64,000 nt of DNA from Eubacteriales bacterium (GTDB lineage: Bacteria > Bacillota > Clostridia > Oscillospirales > CAG-382): NCBI GenBank assembly GCA_045532035.1, contig JAZSFD010000048.1:34755-98754 (forward strand). The letters run 5' to 3'. The notes under the pieces were generated by a model. That model was given only the letters and a program-made list of their open reading frames with translations. It searched no databases and was not told the origin of the DNA. Below, in pieces: positions 25,960 to 36,508 of the stretch (positions are counted from its first letter, which is position 1; each line of letters starts with the position of its first letter). The position numbers were made by a program, and so were the translations under genes.

Positions 25960-27522
25960 TTATTCATTGATAAGGCGCAGAACCTTTCTGAACTCCATAT
26001 CATAAAGAGTGCAGAACGAATCGTCTCCCACGGCAAAATATCCGTCCCCGACATCATAATAATCTATCATAAGGCAATCGGAGAAAACAAATTCCCGCGT
26101 TTCGACATCAAAAAGATAGTAGGCCGTCGAACCGCCGAAATCAAAGTCAGCATAGATCGAAAACAGAAGATATCTTCCGTCATCCCCCACGGCGGTCACT
26201 CCGCCCTGTCCGTCAAGCACGACAAGCTCTTTTTTGTTTTCGGCGTCATATATCACCGTTCTCACGGGATCGGTGTAGACAGGTCTGCCATTTTCGAATT
26301 GTTCGAAATCATAGCTGCCTTTTGTATAAACGATAAGCTTTTCGCCATCAAGCACCGATAAAACCGACTCGCAGTTTTCGAGCGTTGCTGCTATCTTTCC
26401 GCTACCATCAAAAACAGTTTGGGAGTTATCGGCTACATCCTTGTAGGAATAATAGCCCTCGGGTTGGGTGTAAGTGTTGGGCGGCTGACCGTTTTCGTTT
26501 ACAAAAGGTGTTCCGTCAAGCCTTTTGTATATCTCCTGCCCGTCGTCGTAATAGCTGTACAGCATATTCTCGCCCTTGCCGTGAATACTCACACTTTTCG
26601 GTTCATATATGCTGGCAAGAATATGTCCGTCCCTCGAGATCACATCGGTGAAACCGTCACCGCGTGCTGTGATGTAATCATCGCTGTAAAAATAGATATT
26701 CTGATAGATGTCGGATGTGCGATAGAAATTCGTGTCGATAAGATAGCCTTTACCGTCATACTCTTTGACATAAGCGATGCCCTCTTCATTGAAATATGAG
26801 CAATATTGATACATTTCCGAAACGATGTTGCCGCTCTTGTCGATATAGCAGGCATTGAGTTCCTCCTGACCGATGCAGATGTTGGCATAGCCATGCGAAA
26901 AGCTGCTTGCCGACCAGACTCCGTCCTTTTCGAAAAGCTTGTTTCCGTCATAATCATAGCAGACAAGTCCGCGGAACTCATATGTTTCGGGATCGCTGAC
27001 AAGCACCGAGATCACTCCGTCGCCTGCACCGCAGAGCCATGAACCCGACGGAAGATCAAGCTTCCAGGAGCCGTCGGCGGGTATCACCACCGAATCGGGC
27101 TGCATCATCATTTCTGCTGCCTCATCGGAATACGGAGTGAGCTGATAATACGGAAATTCTTCGTAATAATCGTTGTAGGTCACATATCCGTCAAAGGGCG
27201 GAACAACTATCCTGCCGTCTGCAGTACAAAGGCCCATGGTCGAATAGGTCATCGAAACATCAGCACCGAAAGAGTCGCCCTCAAACTCTTTTATTCTGCC
27301 GATAAAGGGGACAAGTGTGCCATAGCTTTCATCGGGAATAAAATCCTCCGATGCCTTTTCGTGAAAGCGTAATTCTTCTTTTCCCGAGTATTCGCCGATA
27401 TCGGGAAGCTCCTCGAGCCTGAAAACAGGCGCCTGCGACGGCGTTTCCTCCACCGCCCGGGTACATGAGGACGGGAGCATCAAAAGCGCAGCGGACAACA
27501 GCAACAGAATTCTTTTTTTCAA
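25960..27522 (-). CDS. Secreted lipoprotein with WG/KWG-like repeats, function unknown
   Basis: 520 aa with signal peptide and lipobox LPSSC. Repeated G-Y/F-x-x-I/V...D..G motifs are present. Confidence 0.4.
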   Translation of the reverse strand: MKKRILLLLSAALLMLPSSCTRAVEETPSQAPVFRLEELPDIGEYSGKEELRFHEKASEDFIPDESYGTLVPFIGRIKEFEGDSFGADVSMTYSTMGLCTADGRIVVPPFDGYVTYNDYYEEFPYYQLTPYSDEAAEMMMQPDSVVIPADGSWKLDLPSGSWLCGAGDGVISVLVSDPETYEFRGLVCYDYDGNKLFEKDGVWSASSFSHGYANICIGQEELNACYIDKSGNIVSEMYQYCSYFNEEGIAYVKEYDGKGYLIDTNFYRTSDIYQNIYFYSDDYITARGDGFTDVISRDGHILASIYEPKSVSIHGKGENMLYSYYDDGQEIYKRLDGTPFVNENGQPPNTYTQPEGYYSYKDVADNSQTVFDGSGKIAATLENCESVLSVLDGEKLIVYTKGSYDFEQFENGRPVYTDPVRTVIYDAENKKELVVLDGQGGVTAVGDDGRYLLFSIYADFDFGGSTAYYLFDVETREFVFSDCLMIDYYDVGDGYFAVGDDSFCTLYDMEFRKVLRLINE

Positions 27523-27625
27523 ATCGGATCCCCCCTCAAAAAACAGATAATATACAAGCCGGTGCTTGTATATTATCTGACGGATTTTTTATAAAAAAGT
27601 TTCCTTTTTCCGGAAAATATTTTAT

Positions 27626-28285
27626 TTATATCAGGTTTTGTCCGTTAATGACAAGTTTGAACTTCAGCCCCAGTGATTCGGCGGCACGACGGCACATCGA
27701 CATTCTGCCCAAGAAAATCTCAAAATAATCCATAACCGGGCTTATTGTCGTGTCGATCTCAAGCGAAAGCCTTATTGCCTCGTTGTTATCGCAAAGCTCA
27801 AGCTCGGAGCTTACAACCGAATAGTTTACTCTGTCGTGAATGTCGAATCGGGAAAAATTGGCATTTCTCACGCGTGAGCGGCGGACATCGCTCTTGTCGG
27901 CGAGAATAAGTGCCGCAGCAGCGGGATTTACGGCAACTCCGGTGCCCTCGTCGTGGTTTCCGATGGCTGAGACAATGACTGCGATATCCTTTGCATCAAA
28001 ATCGAGCTTGTCAAGGATTCTGAATGCCATGAGCGCTCCGCTCTGGGAATGGTCTACGCGGTTGACAAGATTACCGATATCGTGGAGATAGCCTGCGATC
28101 TTGGAAAGCTCGACGGTGTGCTCGTCATAGCCCAGTTCTGTCAGAATATATGCCGCGGTGTGAGCCACCTTTGTCACATGGGCAAAATTGTGCTCGGTAA
28201 AGCCCATGGCTTTCAACGATTCATCGGCGGAAAGTATGTATGTTTTTATTTTCTCGTTTTCTCTTAACTGTTCGTAAGTCATCAT
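27626..28285 (-). CDS. HD-domain phosphohydrolase
   Basis: 219 aa with H...HD metal motifs (FAHVTKVAH, GYLHDIGN). Confidence 0.75.
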   Translation of the reverse strand: MMTYEQLRENEKIKTYILSADESLKAMGFTEHNFAHVTKVAHTAAYILTELGYDEHTVELSKIAGYLHDIGNLVNRVDHSQSGALMAFRILDKLDFDAKDIAVIVSAIGNHDEGTGVAVNPAAAALILADKSDVRRSRVRNANFSRFDIHDRVNYSVVSSELELCDNNEAIRLSLEIDTTISPVMDYFEIFLGRMSMCRRAAESLGLKFKLVINGQNLI

Positions 28286-28485
28286 GTTTTTATATCTCCT
28301 TTCATTTCTCTGTCAATTCGATTGTATACCATCCGTCAAAAAAGTGCAATAGTTTTTTGTGTAAAATAGTTGTAAAATTAAGAATTATACAAAGAATATT
28401 TACCAAAATAGCTCTTGACAAACCGAGACATATGGGGTACAATAAATTGTTAAATTGTAAACATTCGGTTTAATATAAACATATC

Positions 28486-28725
28486 ATGGAGGAAAAAACA
28501 ATGCTTGAAACAATCAAAGCTGTCCTTGTAAAACATCTTAAGATCGATCCCAACACCATCACTTTGGAAACAAATCTCCAGGAGGATCTGGGTGCCGATT
28601 CTCTCGATCTCGTTGAGATCATCATGGAATTTGAAACAAAATTCGGAATTGAAATTCCCGATGAAGACATTCTCAAGCTCAAGACCATAGGTGACGCCAT
28701 CGAATATATCGAGGCACACAAATAA
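28486..28725 (+). CDS. acpP: Acyl carrier protein
   Basis: 79 aa with the phosphopantetheine attachment motif LGADSLDLVEIIMEFE. Confidence 0.9.
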   Translation: MEEKTMLETIKAVLVKHLKIDPNTITLETNLQEDLGADSLDLVEIIMEFETKFGIEIPDEDILKLKTIGDAIEYIEAHK

Positions 28726-28755
28726 TTTTTAACACAGGAAGAAGCGCAAAATCAA

Positions 28756-29928
28756 ATGGAAAAAAGATTTGTCTATGCAGACAATGCCGCCACCACAAAA
28801 GTATACCCCGAGGTGGTAGAGGAAATGCTGCCCTATCTCACAGAGATCTACGGAAATCCGTCGAGTCTCCATTCCATGGGTCAGCAGGCAAAAAAAGCTC
28901 TTGACAATGCAAGAGCAAGAATCGCAGAGGTCATCGGAGCCGCGCCCGAGGAGATCTTCTTTACAAGCTGCGGCACAGAAGCTGACAACTGGGCCATCCG
29001 CGGTGCATCCGCTGTTTATGCCCGTGTCAACAAGATCGAAACACCCCACATCATAACCACAAAAATCGAGCATCACGCGGTACTCCACACCTTCAAGGCT
29101 TTGCAGAACGCAGGCTATGAAGTGACTTATGTGGATGTTGATGAAAACGGAAAGGTTTCCCCCGCGGATATCGTTTCCGCCATCCGCGACAACACCTGTC
29201 TTATCACCGTTATGCTTGCCAACAACGAAATGGGCACAATTGAACCTGTCGCCGACATCGTAAAGGCGGTTAAGGCAGTAAGAAACATTCCCTTCCTCAC
29301 AGACGCTGTTCAGGCAGTGGGCAATATTCCGGTCAATGTGAAGGAGCTGGGAGTTGATATGCTCTCCTTCTCGGGCCACAAGATCCACGCCCCTAAGGGA
29401 GTCGGATGTCTTTATATAAAGAAGGGCACAAGACTCAAGAATCTTATTGAGGGCGGCGGTCAGGAAAAGGGAAAGCGCGCGGGAACAGAAGGTCTTGCCA
29501 ACATTATGGGTATGGCAAAGGCACTCGAAATATCGCGTGACAGAATGGGCGAGGCAAAAGACCTTGCCGCAAAGCGCGACAAGCTCATCAAGGGGATCAC
29601 AAGTCTTCCTGACACACTTCTCACAGGCCACCCGACAGACAGACTTCCCGGCAACGCAAGCTTTGTATTCAAGGGTATCGAGGGCGAATCGCTCCTCTTC
29701 CTGCTCAGCGCTGCAGGCATCTGCGGATCTACCGGCTCTGCCTGCTCGTCGGCATCTCTTGAACCCTCTCATGTGCTCACCTCAATGGGCATTCCCGTTG
29801 AAATCTGCCACGGCTCATTGAGACTCACCATCAGCTATGAAACAAGCGATGAGGACATCGATTATATGATCGAAAATGTCAAAAAGGTCGTCGAAAGACT
29901 CCGCATGATGTCCCCCATCTACAACTGA
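28756..29928 (+). CDS. nifS: Cysteine desulfurase NifS
   Basis: 390 aa with the PLP-Lys region SFSGHKIHAPKG and the catalytic Cys loop STGSACSS. Confidence 0.9.
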   Translation: MEKRFVYADNAATTKVYPEVVEEMLPYLTEIYGNPSSLHSMGQQAKKALDNARARIAEVIGAAPEEIFFTSCGTEADNWAIRGASAVYARVNKIETPHIITTKIEHHAVLHTFKALQNAGYEVTYVDVDENGKVSPADIVSAIRDNTCLITVMLANNEMGTIEPVADIVKAVKAVRNIPFLTDAVQAVGNIPVNVKELGVDMLSFSGHKIHAPKGVGCLYIKKGTRLKNLIEGGGQEKGKRAGTEGLANIMGMAKALEISRDRMGEAKDLAAKRDKLIKGITSLPDTLLTGHPTDRLPGNASFVFKGIEGESLLFLLSAAGICGSTGSACSSASLEPSHVLTSMGIPVEICHGSLRLTISYETSDEDIDYMIENVKKVVERLRMMSPIYN

Positions 29929-29945
29929 TTACGAAAGGATCAAAA

Positions 29946-30389
29946 ATGGAATACAGCGAAAAGGTCATGGACCATTTCATGAATCCCCGCAATGTCGGTG
30001 TCATCGAGGACGCAAACGCCGTCGGTGAAGTCGGCAACGCAAAATGCGGCGATATCATGAAGATCTTCATGAAGATCGAAAACGACATTATCACAGACAT
30101 CAAGTTCCAGACATTCGGATGCTGTGCAGCTATTGCCACATCCTCAATGGCAACAGAGCTTATCAAGGGTAAAACTCTTGACGACGCCCTTAATCTTACC
30201 AACAAGGCAGTCATCGAAGCCCTCGACGGACTTCCGCCGGTGAAAGTGCATTGCTCGGTGCTTGCCGAGGAAGCGGTGAAAGCTGCTCTTGCCAACTATT
30301 TCAGAAGCATCGGTAAGATCGAAGAGGCCGAAAAACTTGATTCGGCTTGCGACGGTTGCTGTGAGCATTGCTCGTGTGATAAACACTGA
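29946..30389 (+). CDS. nifU: Fe-S cluster assembly scaffold NifU/IscU
   Basis: Three scaffold cysteines (GNAKCGD, FGCCAAIA, VHCS) and a Cys-rich tail CDGCCEHCSC. Confidence 0.85.
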   Translation: MEYSEKVMDHFMNPRNVGVIEDANAVGEVGNAKCGDIMKIFMKIENDIITDIKFQTFGCCAAIATSSMATELIKGKTLDDALNLTNKAVIEALDGLPPVKVHCSVLAEEAVKAALANYFRSIGKIEEAEKLDSACDGCCEHCSCDKH

Positions 30390-30399
30390 AAATTAAAAA

Positions 30400-30423
30400 A
30401 CGGCGGGGCTCCCGTCGTTTTTT
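30400..30423. terminator. Bidirectional terminator (nifU / RHH gene)
   Basis: ACGGCGGG-GCT-CCCGTCGT flanked by an A-run and a T-run. Confidence 0.6.
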
Positions 30424-30426
30424 ACT

Positions 30427-30600
30427 TCAATCTCTTTTTCCGATGTTGATCTTTCCGTGCTTTTCTTCATAATTTTCGATCAGGTCGCGGATGAGAACAA
30501 GCACCTGACCGTTGGCGCTCCTGCCCTCATAGTCGGCAATCACGTGCAGTTTGTCAAGCATTTCCTCTTCAATTCTTATAGATAAATTTTTTACAGCCAT
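30427..30600 (-). CDS. Ribbon-helix-helix (Arc/CopG-like) protein, 57 aa
   Basis: Not in the ORF track because it is under 60 aa. Sequence MAVKNLSIRIEEEMLDKLHVIADYEGRSANGQVLVLIRDLIENYEEKHGKINIGKRD, a beta-strand followed by two helices as in RHH proteins. Confidence 0.6.
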   Translation of the reverse strand: MAVKNLSIRIEEEMLDKLHVIADYEGRSANGQVLVLIRDLIENYEEKHGKINIGKRD

Positions 30601-30708
30601 ATAAACCTCACATTGAACTTATTTTGTATTTACTTTACATTTATTTTGTGTTAAAATGTGAATTATAAATTCAAAATAATTTTAATATGATTGCATTACG
30701 AGGTCAAC

Positions 30709-31041
30709 ATGAAGCTTGCGATTGTGGGTTCGAGAAATCTTGACAAAATTGAGATAGAAAAATATATCCCGAAAGATATCGACGAAATCGTATCGGGAGG
30801 TGCCAAAGGCACCGATTCTCTTGCAAAAGAGTATGCCATCGAAAAGGGATTAAAATACACCGAATTTTTGCCGAAATATGATTTATACGGAAAAGCCGCA
30901 CCCCTCAAAAGAAACAAAGAAATAGCCGACTATGCCGACAAGGCGATAGCTTTCTGGGACGGAAGATCAAGAGGAACAAAAAATGTAGTCGAGCTTTTCA
31001 AAAAACGCGGCAAAGATGTTGAGATTGTACTCATCAAATAG
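30709..31041 (+). CDS. SLOG / DUF2493-like small Rossmann protein
   Basis: Trimmed to MKLAIVGSRN. It has the GGAKGTD motif and the FWDGRSRGT region. Confidence 0.5.
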   Translation: MKLAIVGSRNLDKIEIEKYIPKDIDEIVSGGAKGTDSLAKEYAIEKGLKYTEFLPKYDLYGKAAPLKRNKEIADYADKAIAFWDGRSRGTKNVVELFKKRGKDVEIVLIK

Positions 31042-31158
31042 TTTTTGCTTTTCCCGTCCTCCAAAAGATAAGCTTTATTCAAAAAAACAAAAAATAAAGG
31101 AACTTTTTCCAAAACCACTCGTCAAATACACACCACAACCGAAAGCGAGGTAATAAAA

Positions 31159-33657
31159 ATGAACAGAAAAATGAGATTCGCGGCATTGGCGCTGACTTTT
31201 CTTCTTACTTCAAATGCCACAACATATGCTCTCTCGGAAACGGTTGCAGTCTCCACGGCTGTGATGCCGATCGAAGATATCGCCGTTGAGAACTTCGGCT
31301 CTTACGGCACTTCCGACAATGAGCAGCCCACCACAGCCGAGCTTGAGGCTGTTATCAAGGCAGTCAAACCGAAATTTGACATTCCTGCGGAATATTCCGA
31401 ATTTGAATGGGATTATTACGGCGGAAGTCAGAGCAGCGACCCTTACTGGACTCTTCGCTGGTCGACACCTTCCGACAGCAAGGTATACGGTCATGCCTCT
31501 GTCATGTGCGACAAAGCGGGAAATATCGAAAATTTCAACATCTATTCCGATGACCAAAGCGAAATAGCTTTTCCTGCATATTCGAAGAAAGAGCTTACCG
31601 ACACCGCAAAAGCTTTCATTAAGAATATTGCCCCTGAAGCAAACCTTGTCTTCACCACGGCAGAGGATGCTTACGGAAGATATTCAAGATTCTATACATA
31701 CAATTTCAAGCGTGTGGAAAACGGTATTGATTATCCTGAAAACACTGCTTCTGTCAGAATTGATTTCGTGACAGGCAAGATCATCTATTGCAATATCAGA
31801 TATGACTACGGTATTCCCGTTCAGAGTGCCGAAACAGTTATCTCTCCCGAAAAGGCTGCGGAGATAATTGGCACAAGACAGAAGATGGTGCTTTCCTACA
31901 CTCTTCTCCGCGAAGCTGACGAAAACGGCAAGATCACAAACAAAGCCGTTCTCATATATTCTCCCTCCGAATCCTATCTTTCGGTGGATGCCGTGACAGG
32001 CGAGCTTTATGATGAGCGCACCACCTGGCAGAAGGCAACCGCAGGAGGACAGCTTAATTCTGCCATGAAAGATATGGTCACCGAGGATGCCGCTGAATCG
32101 GAAAAGAGCGAATACCGACTTACCGAGGAAGAGCTTGCACAGCTTGAGGTGCTCAAAGGTCTTATCACAAAAGAGCAGGCCATTACAAAAATCACCGAAA
32201 ACGACAAGCTTTATCTCGACATGAATCTCACCTCCATAAGTGCAGATCTTTCCAGATCCTATAAGTATTATTCTACAGGCTCGGAAAAGAGCGAAAACTA
32301 TGTTTGGAACATCAATTTTTCCAACCCCAACGGCGGTGAAAAATATGATTATTCCTACGCCAATGCCCAGATCGATGCGAAAACAGGTGAACTGATCAGC
32401 TTCAATTCGTCTTTGCGCGGTTCGTATTATTACGAACAGAACAAACTTCCCGTTCCCGAAAAGAAGCTTTCTCAGGCGGAAAGCGAAAAGCTCTTTGAGG
32501 ATTTTGTCAAGACTCAGATCCCCGAAAAATTCGAAATGACAAGAAAACAGAACGGTTATGAAACCAATGTCATCAAATACCACACTTCTCTTGTCGATGA
32601 CAAAACCGTCAACACCCCCATCTACGGTGCATACGGAATAAATTATGTCCGTGTCAATGAGGGTATTGATTTTACTTACAACAACATCTACGGAACTGTT
32701 GATGCCGTGACAGGCAAGATATCCTCCTTCGGCTATTCCTGGATGGATGATGTTATTTTCGAATCTCCCGCCGATGCCATGAGTGAGCAAGAAGCTTTCA
32801 AGGTATATTGCGAAAAGGCAGATTTCGACAAGTATTACGAAAGATACGACTTGTATACCCTGCGCGAGATGAAAACAGAAACTCCCGAAGAAAAGTTCCG
32901 TGCGTTTATTCTTTCTCTCAAGGAAAACCATTCCGACTATGAAGCTGTCATCAAAAAATACGCTCCCGACATTGATGTCAAAAAAGTCAGAAACGCCATC
33001 CTCTCAGCAGATGAATACGGTCTTGTGGAGCTTGCGGCAGAATATTTCGGCGTGAAGGATTACGACATGGAATATTTCTACAACAGTGCCGCCGAGCTTT
33101 ATGACAGAAGCTCCACCGCACGCCTTGTCTACAAGACAAATATTTCGGGTGTTCGCATCAGTGCACTTCGCGGTGAGCGTGTCAACTATTCGGGCATGCC
33201 TGTTGTCGAAGAATACACCGGCGATTTCGCTGATATTTCGGGTCACTGGGCAGAAGAATATGTTACCATTCTTGCAGATCTCGGAATTGTTGAAAGAGCC
33301 GAAAAATTTTACCCCGAAGCTTTCGTTTCGGCAAAGGATTTCTCTGTGCTTCTTTCGAATGCAGGCTATTACAGCCATACGGCTGATCCCGAGGACGCGG
33401 ATTTCACAAGAATCGACGCTGTCAAGCTCATTATGAGTGCTCTCGGCTATGACAAGATCGCACAGCTCGACATCTACCGCACGGAATTTTCCGACAATCC
33501 CGAGATTGCCCCCTCCGATGTCGGATACCTTGCCATTGCCTATGGCCTTGGCATCATCGACGGCGACGCAGGCACAAAGACTTTCAGGCCGAATGAGAAC
33601 ATCACAAAGGCGGAAGCTGTAAAGCTTGTGGTCGAAACTGTCAAGGCAAGTTATTGA
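31159..33657 (+). CDS. Secreted surface protein with C-terminal SLH domains
   Basis: 832 aa with a signal peptide. C-terminal SLH-type repeats are present (FADISGHWAEEYVTILADLGIV; NITKAEAVKLVVE). Confidence 0.7.
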   Translation: MNRKMRFAALALTFLLTSNATTYALSETVAVSTAVMPIEDIAVENFGSYGTSDNEQPTTAELEAVIKAVKPKFDIPAEYSEFEWDYYGGSQSSDPYWTLRWSTPSDSKVYGHASVMCDKAGNIENFNIYSDDQSEIAFPAYSKKELTDTAKAFIKNIAPEANLVFTTAEDAYGRYSRFYTYNFKRVENGIDYPENTASVRIDFVTGKIIYCNIRYDYGIPVQSAETVISPEKAAEIIGTRQKMVLSYTLLREADENGKITNKAVLIYSPSESYLSVDAVTGELYDERTTWQKATAGGQLNSAMKDMVTEDAAESEKSEYRLTEEELAQLEVLKGLITKEQAITKITENDKLYLDMNLTSISADLSRSYKYYSTGSEKSENYVWNINFSNPNGGEKYDYSYANAQIDAKTGELISFNSSLRGSYYYEQNKLPVPEKKLSQAESEKLFEDFVKTQIPEKFEMTRKQNGYETNVIKYHTSLVDDKTVNTPIYGAYGINYVRVNEGIDFTYNNIYGTVDAVTGKISSFGYSWMDDVIFESPADAMSEQEAFKVYCEKADFDKYYERYDLYTLREMKTETPEEKFRAFILSLKENHSDYEAVIKKYAPDIDVKKVRNAILSADEYGLVELAAEYFGVKDYDMEYFYNSAAELYDRSSTARLVYKTNISGVRISALRGERVNYSGMPVVEEYTGDFADISGHWAEEYVTILADLGIVERAEKFYPEAFVSAKDFSVLLSNAGYYSHTADPEDADFTRIDAVKLIMSALGYDKIAQLDIYRTEFSDNPEIAPSDVGYLAIAYGLGIIDGDAGTKTFRPNENITKAEAVKLVVETVKASY

Positions 33658-33683
33658 TTCTATAAAACACCACCCCTGATAAA

Positions 33684-33717
33684 AACTCCTCCGAAGTGAT
33701 TTTCGGAGGAGTTTTTT
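33684..33717 (+). terminator. Rho-independent terminator
   Basis: 12-bp stem AACTCCTCCGAA / TTCGGAGGAGTT followed by TTTT. Confidence 0.8.
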
Positions 33718-33764
33718 GATCTGTGGCGACCGATCACAAAAAAACAGAATATGTGAAAAATAGT

Positions 33765-33793
33765 TTGCATTTTCTTGCAAAAGGATATATAAT
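33765..33793 (+). promoter_or_regulatory. Sigma-A promoter upstream of ugd
   Basis: TTGCAT, a 17-nt spacer, TATAAT. It is followed by a leader of about 190 nt. Confidence 0.55.
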
Positions 33794-33982
33794 ATAAATA
33801 TCGGCTATACAGTCCGAAAAAGCCGCCATAGGAAACACCACAGGGGCTTTGATACCGGTCTGTGATAACTTGCAATTTTTCGTGAGAACGGAGCATGGCA
33901 GGGAAATTTTACTTTCGTGTAAAAATGTGTTGTTTTTTGCATAGAGGTAAAAATATTTTTGAATCAAAAAAGGAGTATTCTT

Positions 33983-35167
33983 ATGAAAATTGCAATCGCC
34001 GGCACAGGATATGTCGGACTTTCCATGGCTGTGCTTTTGGCACAGAATCACAGTGTGACAGCTGTGGATATCATCGAGAAAAAAGTCGAGATGATAAACA
34101 ACAGACGCTCCCCCATCGTGGACAAAGAAATTGAAGAATATTTTTCGAACGAAAAGCTTGATCTTGTTGCCACCACCGATGCGGAAAAAGCATATGCTGA
34201 CGCTGATTATATCGTCATTGCCGCCCCTACCAACTACGATCCCAACAAAAATTATTTTGACACAACAGTGCTTGAGCTCGTTATCGGTCAGGCGATCGCC
34301 GCAAATCCCGATGCTGTCATAATAATCAAATCCACAGTTCCCGTGGGATATACAAAAAGGATCAGACAGACCTTCTGCTGCGACAATATCCTTTTCAGCC
34401 CCGAATTTTTGCGCGAGGGACACGCGCTTTACGACAATCTTTATCCCAGCCGCATAATCGTTGGAACACCGACAGGGAATTCCCGATTGAGAAAAGCTGC
34501 CGAAAGGTTTGCAGATATGCTCAAGGAGGGCGCGAAAAAGGAAAACATCCCGACCCTTTTCCCCGATCTCACCGAAGCTGAGGCAATAAAGCTTTTTGCA
34601 AACACATATCTCGCCCTGCGTGTGGCATATTTCAACGAGCTTGACACTTATGCCGAAACAAAAGGTCTTGATACAAGGGCAATCATCGAGGGGGTCTGCC
34701 TTGACCCGCGAATCGGCGATCATTACAACAATCCATCCTTCGGCTACGGAGGATATTGTCTGCCCAAAGATACAAAACAGTTAAGAGCAAACTACAACGA
34801 TGTTCCCCAAAATCTTATCAGCGCTATCGTCGATTCGAACACCACCAGAAAAGACTTTATCGCCAATCAGATAATTTCAAGAAATCCGTCGGTTGTAGGA
34901 ATCTACCGCCTCACCATGAAGGCAAATTCAGACAACTTCCGACAAAGTTCTATTCAAGGAGTCATGAAGCGTATAAAGGCAAAAGGTATCGAAGTTGTGA
35001 TATACGAGCCCACAATGCAGGAGGACAAGTTCTTCAACAGCCGTGTTATACGCGATATAAACGAGTTCAAAAGCATTTCGGATGTAATAATTGCCAACAG
35101 ATACAACAACGAAATTGCTGATGTAATAGAAAAGGTTTACACACGAGATTTATATTTCAGAGATTGA
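33983..35167 (+). CDS. ugd: UDP-glucose 6-dehydrogenase
   Basis: Trimmed to [14 protein letters not shown] (Rossmann fold). Catalytic Cys in [10 protein letters not shown]. Confidence 0.9.
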   Translation: MKIAIAGTGYVGLSMAVLLAQNHSVTAVDIIEKKVEMINNRRSPIVDKEIEEYFSNEKLDLVATTDAEKAYADADYIVIAAPTNYDPNKNYFDTTVLELVIGQAIAANPDAVIIIKSTVPVGYTKRIRQTFCCDNILFSPEFLREGHALYDNLYPSRIIVGTPTGNSRLRKAAERFADMLKEGAKKENIPTLFPDLTEAEAIKLFANTYLALRVAYFNELDTYAETKGLDTRAIIEGVCLDPRIGDHYNNPSFGYGGYCLPKDTKQLRANYNDVPQNLISAIVDSNTTRKDFIANQIISRNPSVVGIYRLTMKANSDNFRQSSIQGVMKRIKAKGIEVVIYEPTMQEDKFFNSRVIRDINEFKSISDVIIANRYNNEIADVIEKVYTRDLYFRD

Positions 35168-35174
35168 TAGGAAA

Positions 35175-35873
35175 ATGAAGAAGATATTCAAAAGACTGTA
35201 TTTTACAATCCTACTTTTGCTTATTGCGGCTTTGATTTTTGTGATTGCCACAAATATCTATGTCTGCGTTTCGGCAAGCGACAGAATGTATGCTCGCTCC
35301 GAGCTTTCAGAGTCGTTGTCCGACAAAAAATATGACTGCATCCTCATTCTCGGCGCAGGTGTGCGCCCCGATGGAACACCGTCAAAAATGCTTGAAGAAC
35401 GCCTTTTGTGCGGTCTTGAGCTTTATCGGGCAGGAGTTGCCGAAAAGATCATCGTCAGCGGCGACAACAGTCAGGCAAATTACGATGAGGTAAACCCCAT
35501 GAAGTCGTGGCTTGTGGCAAACGGCGTCCCCTCCGAAAGCGTTTTTATGGATCATGCCGGTTTTTCGACTTATGACAGTGTTTATCGTGCAAGAACCATA
35601 TTTCTTGCCCACAGGGTTTGTATCGTCAGCCAGAAATATCATCTTTACAGAGCGCTTTATCTTGCCGACGCCCTTTCGCTTGACGCGGTTGGGGTAGATG
35701 CGCAGCAAGTGACTTACAGCGGGCAGGCAATGCGTGAGCTTCGCGAGGTGGCGGCGCGTTCAAAAGACTTTATCAGCGCGTACTTCAAACCCAAGCCGAA
35801 ATATCTGGGCAAGACCATTCCTGTTTTCGGGGACGGAAACGAGACGAACGACAAAGTCGATGAAGAATACTAA
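35175..35873 (+). CDS. SanA/YdcF (DUF218) family protein
   Basis: N-terminal TM helix followed by ILILGAGVRPDGTPS...IIVSGDN...MDHAGFSTYDS. Confidence 0.65.
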   Translation: MKKIFKRLYFTILLLLIAALIFVIATNIYVCVSASDRMYARSELSESLSDKKYDCILILGAGVRPDGTPSKMLEERLLCGLELYRAGVAEKIIVSGDNSQANYDEVNPMKSWLVANGVPSESVFMDHAGFSTYDSVYRARTIFLAHRVCIVSQKYHLYRALYLADALSLDAVGVDAQQVTYSGQAMRELREVAARSKDFISAYFKPKPKYLGKTIPVFGDGNETNDKVDEEY

Positions 35874-36077
35874 TATACCAAAGAAGATCCTGCAATGAAA
35901 CTCACTATTGAAGGCAACACAGTGAGTGCTGAGAATCAGCTTCTTCCGTCAAGACAGGCTATGCTTTTTCCAGCGGAAAAGCCAAAGCTCAAGATCGGCA
36001 TCATCGGCAATTCCGTCCTCTGCCACAAAATACTTGAAAGACTTCTTAAAATAATATAAAATCTGGAGGAAAAACAA

Positions 36078-36377
36078 ATGATAATTCTCATGGAAGTCCT
36101 TGAGGCAATAATGGTTTTGTGCTTCGGCATCTCCTGGCCTCTTTCAATCATGAAATCCTATCGTGCCCGCACAGCAAAAGGCAAAAGTCTTCTTTTCCTG
36201 TGCTTCATTTTCACAGGCTATATCGCAGGTATCGCATGGAAAATGATCCTTTTTGCCGAAACAGGCGAGATCAAATGGCCTACATATCTCTATTTCCTTA
36301 ACCTTGTTATGGTGGGAACAGACATCGTTATGTATTTCAGAAACAAAAGACTTGACGCCAAGAACGAGGAAAAATAA
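36078..36377 (+). CDS. Small 3-TM membrane protein, PQ-loop-like
   Basis: 99 aa. ISWPLSIMKSYRARTAKGKS resembles the PQ-loop signature. Confidence 0.4.
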   Translation: MIILMEVLEAIMVLCFGISWPLSIMKSYRARTAKGKSLLFLCFIFTGYIAGIAWKMILFAETGEIKWPTYLYFLNLVMVGTDIVMYFRNKRLDAKNEEK

Positions 36378-36463
36378 AACCTCAGGAAGCAGGGCGCAAA
36401 AAAAACCTGACCTTCCGAAAAAAGCATTTTTGATGCTTTACATTATACAATCTAAAACCATAC

Positions 36464-36500
36464 AAAAATCGCCCGCAGAGTTTCTGCGGGCGATTTTTTT
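36464..36500. terminator. Bidirectional terminator
   Basis: 11-bp stem ATCGCCCGCAG / CTGCGGGCGAT with a T-run. Confidence 0.8.
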
Positions 36501-36508
36501 GTGATTAT

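Noticed and set aside
28729-34723. Further long antisense ORFs: 28729..29772, 31684..32931, 33004..33780 and 33734..34723. The ORF 51859..52818, outside this range, belongs to the same class.
   Set aside because: Each lies opposite a confidently assigned gene (nifS, the SLH protein, ugd, nadB/nadC). None has a start context or a motif.
35895-36059. 54-codon plus-strand ORF (MKLTIEGNTVSAEN...KLKIGIIGNSVLCHKILERLLKII) between the sanA-like gene and the PQ-loop-like gene
   Set aside because: It has no convincing RBS and no recognisable family. It may be a gene remnant. The evidence is too weak to annotate.
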